From positions 3,136,001 to 3,200,000 of the forward strand of contig CBDFIQ010000002.1 in assembly GCA_965248195.1 (NCBI GenBank): a stretch of 64,000 bases of DNA. The letters run 5' to 3'. The position numbers were made by a program, and so were the translations under genes. Source of the stretch: Longimicrobiales bacterium (lineage in GTDB: Bacteria > Gemmatimonadota > Gemmatimonadetes > Longimicrobiales > Gaopeijiaceae). Each line of letters begins with the position of its first letter. The stretch's first letter is position 1. Under the pieces are notes generated by a model. That model did no database searches. It had not been told where the DNA came from and was given only the letters and a program-made list of their open reading frames with translations. This document shows positions 1 to 9,142 of this stretch, piece after piece.

Positions 1-2
1 AT

Positions 3-1262
3 CTCGGCGCGGCAAGGTTGCTCATCGAGGCCGGCGCGGACGTCAACGCGGCCAACGGGCTCGGCGCCACCCCCCTGTGGCTGGCAGCGATCAACGGCAG
101 CGCGCCGATGGTCGAGCTGCTGCTCGAGGCGGGTGGCAACCCGAACGCATCGCTCAAGATGGGCGAAACGCCGCTGATGACCGCAGCTCGGTCGGGCGAC
201 CTTGAGACGGTCGAGCGGCTTCTAGAGCATGGCGCGGACATCAACGCGGCCGAGCACGAACGCGGGCAGACCGCTCTGATGTGGGCTGTCGCCCAGCAGC
301 ACGTTGATGTCGCACACCTGCTGATCGAGAATGACGCAGACTTGCATGCCCGCACGAAGGTCTGGTACCAGCTGGAGAACACGGCGGGCAACACCAACAC
401 GAGCGGCAATTTCCGGATGGCGCACGGCGGCTCGACACCACTGCTTTTCGCTGCGCGTAACGGTGACGTCGAGACCGTCCGAGTGCTCGTGGAGGCCGGC
501 GCCGACGTCAACGACACCGCGGCCTCCGGAGCCCGCGCGCTCGTCATCGCAGCGCATAGCGGGCACGGGCCGCTCGGGATCTACTTGCTCGAGCAGGGCG
601 CCGATCCGAACGCCGCCGGGGCGGGGTATACAGCGCTTCACGCTGCAGTCCTTCGAAGCCAAGTCGAGTTGGTCGAGGCGCTCCTCGACCACGGCGCCGT
701 TGCGAACGCAGTCGTCGAGCACGGGACGAACGGCCGGCGGTTCAGCGCGGACTACAGCATCCGCCATCAGCTGATCGGCACGAACGCGTTTTGGCTGGCC
801 GCGAAATACGGCGAGCTCGAGATCCTCGGCACGCTCGCCGAGCATGGAGCCGATCCCTTCGTCGTACCCGAAGGGGGCATGTCGGCGCTCCAGGCGGCGA
901 TCGGCATGCCGGGCTCATCCTTGGAGAGCCGACGTGACCGCATCGGGAATTCGGCTCCGGATCCGGACGACGAAGAGCGACGGACCCTCGAGCTGGCGCG
1001 CATCGTCATCGACCTCGGCGTCGACGTCAACGCGGCCGACCAGAGGGGCAACACCCCACTGCACGACGCGGTGCGCAAGGATTTCGCATCCGTCGTCGAG
1101 TTGCTGGTAGCACGCGGCGCCGACGTCAACGCGGTGAACGAGCGCGACCAGACGCCGTTGGTGTTGGCCGAAACTCCTCAGACCATCCCCGGCACGAACG
1201 GGCTGAGGGGCACCCGCCCCGAGGTCGCGGAACTGCTGCGGAGCTTGGGTGCGAACGACTAG
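3..1262 (+). CDS. Ankyrin repeat protein (5' end runs off the window)
   Basis: Many GxTPL/GADVN ankyrin repeats; frame is open from position 3. Confidence 0.9.
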   Translation, partial: LGAARLLIEAGADVNAANGLGATPLWLAAINGSAPMVELLLEAGGNPNASLKMGETPLMTAARSGDLETVERLLEHGADINAAEHERGQTALMWAVAQQHVDVAHLLIENDADLHARTKVWYQLENTAGNTNTSGNFRMAHGGSTPLLFAARNGDVETVRVLVEAGADVNDTAASGARALVIAAHSGHGPLGIYLLEQGADPNAAGAGYTALHAAVLRSQVELVEALLDHGAVANAVVEHGTNGRRFSADYSIRHQLIGTNAFWLAAKYGELEILGTLAEHGADPFVVPEGGMSALQAAIGMPGSSLESRRDRIGNSAPDPDDEERRTLELARIVIDLGVDVNAADQRGNTPLHDAVRKDFASVVELLVARGADVNAVNERDQTPLVLAETPQTIPGTNGLRGTRPEVAELLRSLGAND

Positions 1263-1288
1263 ACGGCGCGATCATCCTAAGGACCATC

Positions 1289-1336
1289 CTCCACTCCTCA
1301 GGTTTCCTCCGACTCCACTTCTCAGGTTTCCTCCGA
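1289..1336. repeat. Tandem 24-bp direct repeat x2
   Basis: ctccactcctcaggtttcctccga / ctccacttctcaggtttcctccga, one mismatch. Confidence 0.85.
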
Positions 1337-1375
1337 AGGCCGCGCTGTGATCCCCGGGAGGGCCAGGGGAAACGG

Positions 1376-1606
1376 CTAGCTTACGGTTACGGCGTAGCCC
1401 AGATCCGAACAGGTGCTTCCACCGTGATAGCTCCAAGATGCTCCGTTGACTCCCTCGCCGGAGTAGACCGAACATTCGGATTGGTCGAAATTGTTGTAGC
1501 AGTAGTCGTTGTCAAAAATGCCGTTGACCCCCAAGCATGACCCCACACTTCCACAAGCGGGGGCTATGAAAGCGAGCGCTGCAATGGTGAACATGATCCG
1601 AGTCAT
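1376..1606 (-). CDS. Small Cys-rich lipoprotein, unknown function
   Basis: GGAGG RBS; MTR + hydrophobic stretch + lipobox-like APAC; 4 more Cys in the mature part. Confidence 0.6.
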   Translation of the reverse strand: MTRIMFTIAALAFIAPACGSVGSCLGVNGIFDNDYCYNNFDQSECSVYSGEGVNGASWSYHGGSTCSDLGYAVTVS

Positions 1607-1780
1607 GGCTCAGCCTCCCAATAATAGACGTCGTGTGCGCGATGTCTCCCGGAGTTAGCCCGGCTGGCAGTCGACGTCGATGGGGCTAGGCCCTTGGAGG
1701 TAATCGATCTTTCCTTCGACCCTCGAATACGGCAAGATACTCTCCTCCCAACGTCATTCTTCACGCCTGGAAACGATTCG

Positions 1781-2839
1781 ATGACCGCCCCACAAGTGCA
1801 ATCCGAGATCCAAGCGGCGGAGAAACCGAGCCTACCTCTCTTCGAAGACTGGTCGCCGCAGATGGGTATTGCCCAGTGCGCCAGCAGCGACTGGGCTCCC
1901 CCTCGTCGCGTCGCGTGCGGCACGCTTCCCATTCACCCTGGCGCCATGGGGATCCAGTTCGGGCAGAGCGTCTTCGAGGGTTGCAAAGCGTTCTGGAACG
2001 GAACAGATCCCGCACGTCTCTTCCGCATTGACGAGCACTACAGACGCCTGGTCGCGTCGTGCGACCGGCTTCGCATGCCGGCCCCTCCGGAAGAGATTTT
2101 TCTCGAGGCAGTGGTGGGTCAGGTGAAGGACTCGGCCAGCTGGTCGTCTCCGTTCTCGAGCGACACACTGTACATCCGTCCGCTCGTCTTCGGCGAGGAC
2201 GACCACGTGATGCCGGTTCCATCGGTCCGTAGCACGTTTTTGGTTCTCACCGCGCCGTTGCGCTCGTTCCCGGACAGACCGCTGGTGCTGTTCGCCGAGC
2301 GCGAGTTCAGCCGAGCCGCCAGAGGGGGGCTGGGCCACGCCAAGACGTCCGCGAACTACGCTCACCAGTACTATCCGACTTGGCGGGCCAAGGAGGCCGG
2401 CTGCGACGGGGTTCTGTGGCTCGATTCCGAGACCCACGACCGGATCGAGGAGGCCAGCACGATGAACATCTTCATGGTCATCGGTGAGGAGCTCGTCACG
2501 CCCTCGCTGCAGGACACGATTCTCGCCGGGATCACGCGTCGCTCGGTGATCACCCTCGCCCGCGAGCGCCACGGACTGAAGGTCGTCGAGCGCCCCATCA
2601 CCTTGACCGAAGTCGCCCGGGCAGTCGAGGTCGGCACCCTCAAGGAGGTGTTCACCACGTCGACGGCTCTCCAGATTCGCCCGGTTTCGCGCGTCGTCGA
2701 TGGGGAGCGAAACATCGACTTTCCCCAGGAAACACCGTGGACAAATCAGCTGCACGAGGACCTCATCGCGATTCAACGCGACGACGCGGACGACGAGTGG
2801 GGATGGATCAGCAAGGTGCCCGTGAGGGGAAGTCCCTGA
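1781..2839 (+). CDS. Branched-chain amino acid aminotransferase-like (PLP class IV)
   Basis: FGQSVFEGCKA, LYIRP, AKTSANY (catalytic Lys), EASTMNIF, ILAGITRRS; start uncertain (1694 or 1781). Confidence 0.85.
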   Translation: MTAPQVQSEIQAAEKPSLPLFEDWSPQMGIAQCASSDWAPPRRVACGTLPIHPGAMGIQFGQSVFEGCKAFWNGTDPARLFRIDEHYRRLVASCDRLRMPAPPEEIFLEAVVGQVKDSASWSSPFSSDTLYIRPLVFGEDDHVMPVPSVRSTFLVLTAPLRSFPDRPLVLFAEREFSRAARGGLGHAKTSANYAHQYYPTWRAKEAGCDGVLWLDSETHDRIEEASTMNIFMVIGEELVTPSLQDTILAGITRRSVITLARERHGLKVVERPITLTEVARAVEVGTLKEVFTTSTALQIRPVSRVVDGERNIDFPQETPWTNQLHEDLIAIQRDDADDEWGWISKVPVRGSP

Positions 2840-2841
2840 AT

Positions 2842-3402
2842 ATGAACCTCCTCGATTCCATCAAGGCTCGTCGCTCGGTCAAGACCTTCACCGACCGCCC
2901 CGTATCACGGGAAGAGATCGAGCAGCTCCTCACGGCGGCCTGCCAGGCCCCCAACCACAGAATGACGGAGCCGTGGCGTTTCTATGTGCTCGGCCCCCGG
3001 GCCCGTCGCGCCTACGGTGAGGCCCTCGGGCACCGAAAAGCTAAACGGGTCGACGACCCCGAGGCCGGGAAGGCCGTCGTCCAGAAGGTCGCTGAGACGC
3101 ACGAGTCACTACCCGCCATGATTGCGGTCGCTATCACGGTGGACGAGAACCCCGAGATCCGAGAAGAAGACTTCGCGGCCGCCTTCATGGGTATCCAGAA
3201 CCTGTCACTGGTTGCTCACTCAATCGGCCTGGGCACGCACATCAAGACGGGTGCCATCATGGACGACCCCACCGCGCGGGCAGCGGTCGGACTCCCCGAG
3301 GGCGAGAGGATCGTCGCCACCATCAACATCGGCGAGCCCGACGCGTTGCCGGATGGCAAGGCTCGGCAGGCGGCTGCGCAACTTACCACGTGGGTGGCGT
3401 GA
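2842..3402 (+). CDS. Nitroreductase family protein
   Basis: IKARRSVKTF, APNH..EPWRF, GLGTHIKTG. Confidence 0.88.
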   Translation: MNLLDSIKARRSVKTFTDRPVSREEIEQLLTAACQAPNHRMTEPWRFYVLGPRARRAYGEALGHRKAKRVDDPEAGKAVVQKVAETHESLPAMIAVAITVDENPEIREEDFAAAFMGIQNLSLVAHSIGLGTHIKTGAIMDDPTARAAVGLPEGERIVATINIGEPDALPDGKARQAAAQLTTWVA

Positions 3403-3641
3403 TCTCGGCCGAAGCTGAGCGCTCAGGCCGAGCCCTTAACTTGCGAGGTCGTCTTGACCGAAGAGCCACAGAGGTGAGTGTGGTAAGATTCCCAGGGATA
3501 GCCATCGTCTGAGAGCCTTGCCGCCCCACACGGCGTAGACGCATTTTGTTCGCCATGTCTGATGCCGTCACTCGCCTCAATGCTGCCCTAGAAGTCCCCT
3601 ACGTGGTCCGGACCTCGTTCCTACCGTCGGGACCGTAACTT

Positions 3642-5087
3642 ATGTCCCGGACTGTTCTCGGCATCGTTGTGACGCTCCTGATGGTGCCGCACGCACGTGC
3701 CCAGGTCGTGCCCCAGGAGGGCGACCTCGTCCTCCTGGGCGGAGTCCTTTGGGACGGCACCACCGACGAGTCGCGCCCCAACCCGGGCATACTCGTTCGG
3801 AACGGGACGATATTAATCGTTGGGGAGGTCGATCCCGGGGTCGATCCCGAGAGGAGCGGGGCCGAGGTCATCAGGCTCGCTGATGATTCGTTCATCTTGC
3901 CCGGTCTCTTCGACCTGCACGCGCACTATGCTGTTGATTTGTTGGCAGAGGGTCGCGTCGACGAGTACACCGTGAACCCGGTGCTCTTCCTGGCCAACGG
4001 TGTGACTTCGACCTTTCCCGCAGGCGAGGTCGACCCCGCCGAGGCTCGCAAGGGTCGCGCACGTGTGGCGTCGGGCGAGATCCCAGGACCTCGCATCTAC
4101 AGCTCAGGGCCGTACTGGGGTACCGCCCGACCCGGTTGGAGTCACGAGGCGATGACCCCGGACTCGATTCGCAAGGAGGCCACATACTGGGCCCTGAACG
4201 GCGTACGTGGCTTCAAGGCCAAGGGCATCCGGCCGGACCAACTCGAGGCCCTGATCGAGGTCGGACACGAGCACGGCATCACGGTAACCGGCCACCTCGA
4301 TTCGGGAGTGCGCAACAGCGTGAACCCCCGCGACGCGATTCTCATGGGTATCGATCGCATCGAGCACTTCATGGGTGGGGACGCATTCGTGGACACCCAG
4401 TCGGCGTATGCATCACTCGAAGCGTTCGATCTCGAGGACCCGGGCACCGTACTGCAACTCGAGAGGCAGGTCAGGCTCTTCGTAGAGCAAGGCGCGTACT
4501 TCGATGCCACGCTCACCGCCTACGACTACTGGGCCGGCAAGGAAGCCCGAGTCTATGACTACTGGGAAGATGAGCGGGGATTCCTTACGCCCTATGCACG
4601 GGCCGAAGTGGAGGCGCGCCTACCGCGTGACCCTTCGGACCAGTTCGAGCGCATCCATCACATGAAGCGTCGTACGATCAAGCTCTTCTACGATGCCGGG
4701 GGTGCCAACAACATCTCGCTGGGGACCGACCACCCGAGTTGGGGGGAGTGGTGGAGCGGCTTCGGCGTACACCGTGAGCTGCACGCCTTCGTGCTGGCCG
4801 GGATTCCCAACGCAGCCGCATTGCGCTTCGCGACGATCAACTCCGCGCGCGCGTTTGGTGTGGACGCTCGACTCGGCACTGTGGAGGCCGGCAAGTACGC
4901 TGACCTGCTTATCGTACGTGGGGACCCGCTCACCTCGATCACCGACACGCGCGATGCGACCCACGTGATCCGATCCGGGCGGGTGTACGACCCGGCTGCG
5001 CTCTTCGACGCCGTCCGCGGCGAGATGGGCCCGAAGAACGCGTCGGAGGCAGACTGGTGGAAGGGGGATTTGCGGCTGGGAAGGTAG
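3642..5087 (+). CDS. Exported amidohydrolase family protein
   Basis: Signal peptide, PGLFDLHAH, IEH, LGTD, GTVEAGKYADLLIV. Confidence 0.88.
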   Translation: MSRTVLGIVVTLLMVPHARAQVVPQEGDLVLLGGVLWDGTTDESRPNPGILVRNGTILIVGEVDPGVDPERSGAEVIRLADDSFILPGLFDLHAHYAVDLLAEGRVDEYTVNPVLFLANGVTSTFPAGEVDPAEARKGRARVASGEIPGPRIYSSGPYWGTARPGWSHEAMTPDSIRKEATYWALNGVRGFKAKGIRPDQLEALIEVGHEHGITVTGHLDSGVRNSVNPRDAILMGIDRIEHFMGGDAFVDTQSAYASLEAFDLEDPGTVLQLERQVRLFVEQGAYFDATLTAYDYWAGKEARVYDYWEDERGFLTPYARAEVEARLPRDPSDQFERIHHMKRRTIKLFYDAGGANNISLGTDHPSWGEWWSGFGVHRELHAFVLAGIPNAAALRFATINSARAFGVDARLGTVEAGKYADLLIVRGDPLTSITDTRDATHVIRSGRVYDPAALFDAVRGEMGPKNASEADWWKGDLRLGR

Positions 5088-5133
5088 TTGGGCTCACCCG
5101 ATACTGGGATCACCCGATACGAGGACCATCGCA

Positions 5134-5637
5134 ATGAGTGACGAGAAATCTCCAGTCCGACGAAGAGTTGCCAGATTGAGCGCAATCGCTCTGGCAGCCG
5201 CGTCCGTAGGATTCAGTCAAGCGGCGTCTGCCCAAACACCTGCAAGCGAGCTCGAATCGGAATTTCTTCTCGAGTTATTGCTCGACGTTGATGCCTCAAT
5301 CGATGCTGGCCACACCCGCATTGCGCCAGTCACCGGAGGAAGCTTCAGCGGACCAGGCATCAGGGGAAGAGTACATGGAGGCGCCGACTGGATTACGCAG
5401 GTATCGGGTCATAGCAGTCTCGACGTGCGCATCACTCTGGAAACCGATGACGGTGAACTCATCTACATGTCCTACACCGGAATCATTCGGTCCGGAGAAA
5501 ACGGACGGTATTGGAGAGTACGACCCATCTTCCAGACCGCGTCGGAGAAATATGACTGGCTCAACCATGCTGTTTTCATAGGCAAGAGTAAGCAGGTATC
5601 TGGCAAGGTTGCTTACGACGTTTTCCGTATACTCTGA
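5134..5637 (+). CDS. DUF3237 family protein with signal peptide
   Basis: PVTGGSFSG, GGADW, LDVRITLETDDG, FQTASEKYDWLN. Confidence 0.8.
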   Translation: MSDEKSPVRRRVARLSAIALAAASVGFSQAASAQTPASELESEFLLELLLDVDASIDAGHTRIAPVTGGSFSGPGIRGRVHGGADWITQVSGHSSLDVRITLETDDGELIYMSYTGIIRSGENGRYWRVRPIFQTASEKYDWLNHAVFIGKSKQVSGKVAYDVFRIL

Positions 5638-5672
5638 ATCCGTCCTGGAGGCTTGAACACGGGAGAAGAAAC

Positions 5673-6764
5673 ATGACGAAGCTCATTTCCGCGCTGGTCG
5701 CGCTGACCATGGTCGCGCTGATCGTGGCCGTACCCTCAGCAGACGCGCAATACGCACCCCAGATTCCAGTGGAGTCCGTGCCGGACTTCTTCCGGCTGCC
5801 GATCGGAGTGAACTTCGGCGAGGTGCCCGCCGTGGCCGTCAATTCTCAGGGTCACATCTTCGTGTACAGCCGCTCGAATCCCACCGGGGGTGGTCCCGCA
5901 TACGGCATTCACGCGGCCCAACTGTTCGAGTTCAGCCCCTCGGGCGACTTCATCCGTGAGCACGGCAGAGGGCTCTACGCCTGGGCGTTCGCGCACGGGC
6001 TCAGGATCGATGCGAACGACGACATATGGACGGTGGACAAGGGCTCCAACATGGTCATCCGGATGGACCCTGCGGGCCGGGTCGTCTGGGTGTTCGGCCG
6101 CAAGGCGGAATCGAGCTCCGAGGGGGCTCGCCCGATCGAGCGTCGAAATCCCCCGGCCCCCCCTCAAGACGGGCGTTTCCGCGAGCCCACGGACGTGGCC
6201 TTCGACTCGCAAGGCAACATCTACATCAGCGACGGATACATAAACTCCCGAGTCGCCAAGTACGACATGAACGGCGATTGGGTGATGTCGTGGGGCGAGC
6301 CCGGCACGGGCCCCGGCCAGCTCCGCACCCCACATAGCATAGCGATCGACAGAGATGACAACGTCTATGTCGGCGATCGCTCGAACGCTCGGATTCAGGT
6401 GTTCGACACGGACGGCAACTTCCAGCGGATGTTCAGTGTGGCCACCCCGATCGCGCCCGGCTCCAAGGCCGTGAACGGCACCACCCCGACGGACCTCATG
6501 AGCGTGAGTGGGAACGGGGCGCCGAACTCGCTCTGCATCCCGCCAGGGAGCAACGTCATCTACGTGGGCGAGAGCACGTTCCCCGGGCGGATCATCAAGG
6601 CGACACTCCAGGGCGAGGTGCTCGGGGTCGTCGGCAACGCCGGGCGAATGCTGGGTGAGTTCTCAGGGGTGCATGGACTTGCCTGCCCCACGGAGGACTT
6701 GCTCTTTGCTGCGGAGACCTCGAACTCACGGGTGCAGAAGCTGATTCTGAATCCGCGGAGGTAG
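5673..6764 (+). CDS. NHL-repeat, peptidyl-alpha-hydroxyglycine alpha-amidating lyase (PAL)-like protein
   Basis: AHGL, SDGYINSRV, PHSI, DRSNARIQ; signal peptide. Confidence 0.85.
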   Translation: MTKLISALVALTMVALIVAVPSADAQYAPQIPVESVPDFFRLPIGVNFGEVPAVAVNSQGHIFVYSRSNPTGGGPAYGIHAAQLFEFSPSGDFIREHGRGLYAWAFAHGLRIDANDDIWTVDKGSNMVIRMDPAGRVVWVFGRKAESSSEGARPIERRNPPAPPQDGRFREPTDVAFDSQGNIYISDGYINSRVAKYDMNGDWVMSWGEPGTGPGQLRTPHSIAIDRDDNVYVGDRSNARIQVFDTDGNFQRMFSVATPIAPGSKAVNGTTPTDLMSVSGNGAPNSLCIPPGSNVIYVGESTFPGRIIKATLQGEVLGVVGNAGRMLGEFSGVHGLACPTEDLLFAAETSNSRVQKLILNPRR

Positions 6765-6866
6765 GCCCGGGGCGGGGACGAGTAGTCCTTTGACATTTGT
6801 GCCGCCCGGGGCTGAGTTGGGGAGCGCGATCACGTTCCGCGATGCAGTAACCCATCGGGAGGACAT

Positions 6867-7823
6867 ATGCGAGTAATAGCCGTGACGTGTGGCCTGGTGG
6901 CTGCGACAATGATTTCGTTCGGGGCGGGCGCAGGCGCCCAGGTCGAGCCAAACGACGAGGTCACAAAGGCACAATTCGACACCTGGATGACCGAACTGTC
7001 CAACTGGGGTCGCTGGGGAGCCGACGATCAGCTCGGGGCCGTCAACCTGATCACTCCGGCCAAGCGCGTGGCGGCAGCCCGACTGGTCGAGACTGGCAGG
7101 ACAGTCTCGATGGCGCGTGACATGACGATCGACAGACTCGAGAACCCCGACCAGGCCGGCGCGAACCGACCGCCGGTGCTCGTCGGCTCGGTCCGCAGCG
7201 TGTTCGAAATCGATACCGAGCGCGGGTTCTTCTGGGAGCGTTACGAGATCGAGTACCACGGTGGCCTCGTGTCCCATCTGGACGCGCTCTGCCACGTGGC
7301 ATACAACGGCAAGGTCTACAACGGTCTGGACTTCGAGGACGTCGCCTCCACAGAAGACGGTTGCACGCAGATGGGGGTCGTCAACCTGAAAGACGGACTG
7401 GTCACCCGTGGCATCCTGGTGGATCTTCCTGGGAAGGCGGTGCGTCGACAGGACATCGAGGCGTGGGAAGCGGAGACCGGCATCACGATTTCGTCGGGTG
7501 ATGCTCTTTTCCTGCGCACGGGCCGTGAGGTCGGGCAGACGGGGGGATATCATCCTGAGCTGCTCCCCTTCTTCAGAGAGCGGGATATTGCGCTGCTGGG
7601 CGCCGACGTGCCCCAAGAGGGCGGCCAGATCGAGGGGGTCCCGGTACCGGTGCACGTCTTCGCGATCGTGGGGCTTGGCCTGCACCTCTTCGACAACCTC
7701 GGTCTCGAAGAACTCGCGCAGACGGCCAACGAGCTGAACCGGTGGGAGTTCATGTTTGTGGCCTCACCCCACGCAGTACCCCACGGGGCCGGGGCGGCCC
7801 TCAATCCGATCGCGGTGTTCTAG
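6867..7823 (+). CDS. Cyclase (kynurenine formamidase-like) family protein, exported
   Basis: SNWGRWGADDQLGAVN, HxxxxxHLDALCH, FDNLxLEELA, LNPIA. Confidence 0.85.
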   Translation: MRVIAVTCGLVAATMISFGAGAGAQVEPNDEVTKAQFDTWMTELSNWGRWGADDQLGAVNLITPAKRVAAARLVETGRTVSMARDMTIDRLENPDQAGANRPPVLVGSVRSVFEIDTERGFFWERYEIEYHGGLVSHLDALCHVAYNGKVYNGLDFEDVASTEDGCTQMGVVNLKDGLVTRGILVDLPGKAVRRQDIEAWEAETGITISSGDALFLRTGREVGQTGGYHPELLPFFRERDIALLGADVPQEGGQIEGVPVPVHVFAIVGLGLHLFDNLGLEELAQTANELNRWEFMFVASPHAVPHGAGAALNPIAVF

Positions 7824-7942
7824 AAACAAGGGCTTTCGTCTTCCTGTCCCTCCTGACTTTTCGGGGAGTCGAATAGGGGGTTTCCGCGGGTGGCTGAAAT
7901 CAGGTACACTAGCGGAGGTGAGGACTCGCTGGAGAGACTACC

Positions 7943-9142
7943 GTGAGCACCACGGCAACCGCTGACAGCACAACCATCCCTGGCTCTGAGCCACCCGCCG
8001 CGGGCCTCGCGGCCGCGGCCGACCGCGGCGTGCCCTGGTACATCTGGGCCGTCGTCTTCGCCTCGACCAGTGTGGTCGTCGGAGGGATCTGGGACATCTC
8101 GTGGCACCGCACGATCGGGCGGGACACCTTCTGGACCTCAGCTCACATGGCGATTTACCTCGGCGGCGCGGCCGCTGGGCTCTCGTGCGGCTGGTTGGTC
8201 CTGCGCACGACATTCGCAGCTGTTGCCGCCGGCGATCGCGCTGCGGGGGTCACGTTCTGGGGCTTCCGTGGTCCACTCGGTGCGTGGGTCTGTATCTGGG
8301 GCGCGTTCGCGATGATCGTGTCGGGGCCGTTCGACGACTGGTGGCACAACACGTACGGCCTCGACGTCGAGATCCTGAGCCCGCCGCACACGGTGCTCGC
8401 CGCGGGCATCGTCGGGATCCAGATCGGTGCCATGCTCATGGTGCTCTCGCGACAGAACAACTCCGGTGCCCACTCCTGGCTCGCCCAGCTGCTCTTCGTC
8501 TACGCCGGGGGTGTGTTGATCGTCGCGATGGCCACTGTGGCGATCGAATATGTCGGTTTCCCCAACGACCAGAGGAACGCCGAGTTCTATGTAGTCAGCG
8601 CGGGAATCTTTCCGCTCTTCTTCGTGGGGATCTCCCGCGCTTCGCTTTCTCGGTGGGGGGCTACGGGGGCGGCCGCGGCCTACATGGCCCTAACGGTCCT
8701 CATGATATGGATTCTGCAGCTCTTCACCGCCGAGCCTCTGCTCGGTCCGATCCTTCGGCCGGTCGAGAGCATGATTCCGCCGCCGTTCCCGCTTCTGCTC
8801 GTCGTGCCCGCGCTCGCGGTCGATCTGCTCATGAGGACACTTCCCGCGCAAGTCTCGTCCGTGCGCCCCTGGATCATCGCGGGGGCCATCGGGCTCGCGT
8901 TCGTGGCCGCTCTGCTTGCCGTGCAGTGGTACTTCTCAGCGTTTCTGCTCGGCGAAGGGGCGCGCAACTTCCTCTTCGGCGCGGATCAGTGGGACTACAC
9001 CTCTCGTCCGGGGCCGTGGCAGTACGAGTTCTGGGGCCCGACGGTGCAAGCGAGTGAGCTCGCATGGGCCGCGCTGATTGCCTTCGCATCTGCACGGATC
9101 GGGCTCTGGTGGGGCGGCTGGATGAGTCGCGTGCGCCGGTAG
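7943..9142 (+). CDS. Polytopic membrane protein; PmoC/AmoC-like N-half with both Cu-site motifs plus a PmoA-like C-half
   Basis: About 10 hydrophobic segments; WDISWHRTIGRDTFWTSAH and FDDWWHNTYGLDVEILSPPH; WGAT and FPLLLVVPALAVDLLM. Confidence 0.65.
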   Translation: MSTTATADSTTIPGSEPPAAGLAAAADRGVPWYIWAVVFASTSVVVGGIWDISWHRTIGRDTFWTSAHMAIYLGGAAAGLSCGWLVLRTTFAAVAAGDRAAGVTFWGFRGPLGAWVCIWGAFAMIVSGPFDDWWHNTYGLDVEILSPPHTVLAAGIVGIQIGAMLMVLSRQNNSGAHSWLAQLLFVYAGGVLIVAMATVAIEYVGFPNDQRNAEFYVVSAGIFPLFFVGISRASLSRWGATGAAAAYMALTVLMIWILQLFTAEPLLGPILRPVESMIPPPFPLLLVVPALAVDLLMRTLPAQVSSVRPWIIAGAIGLAFVAALLAVQWYFSAFLLGEGARNFLFGADQWDYTSRPGPWQYEFWGPTVQASELAWAALIAFASARIGLWWGGWMSRVRR

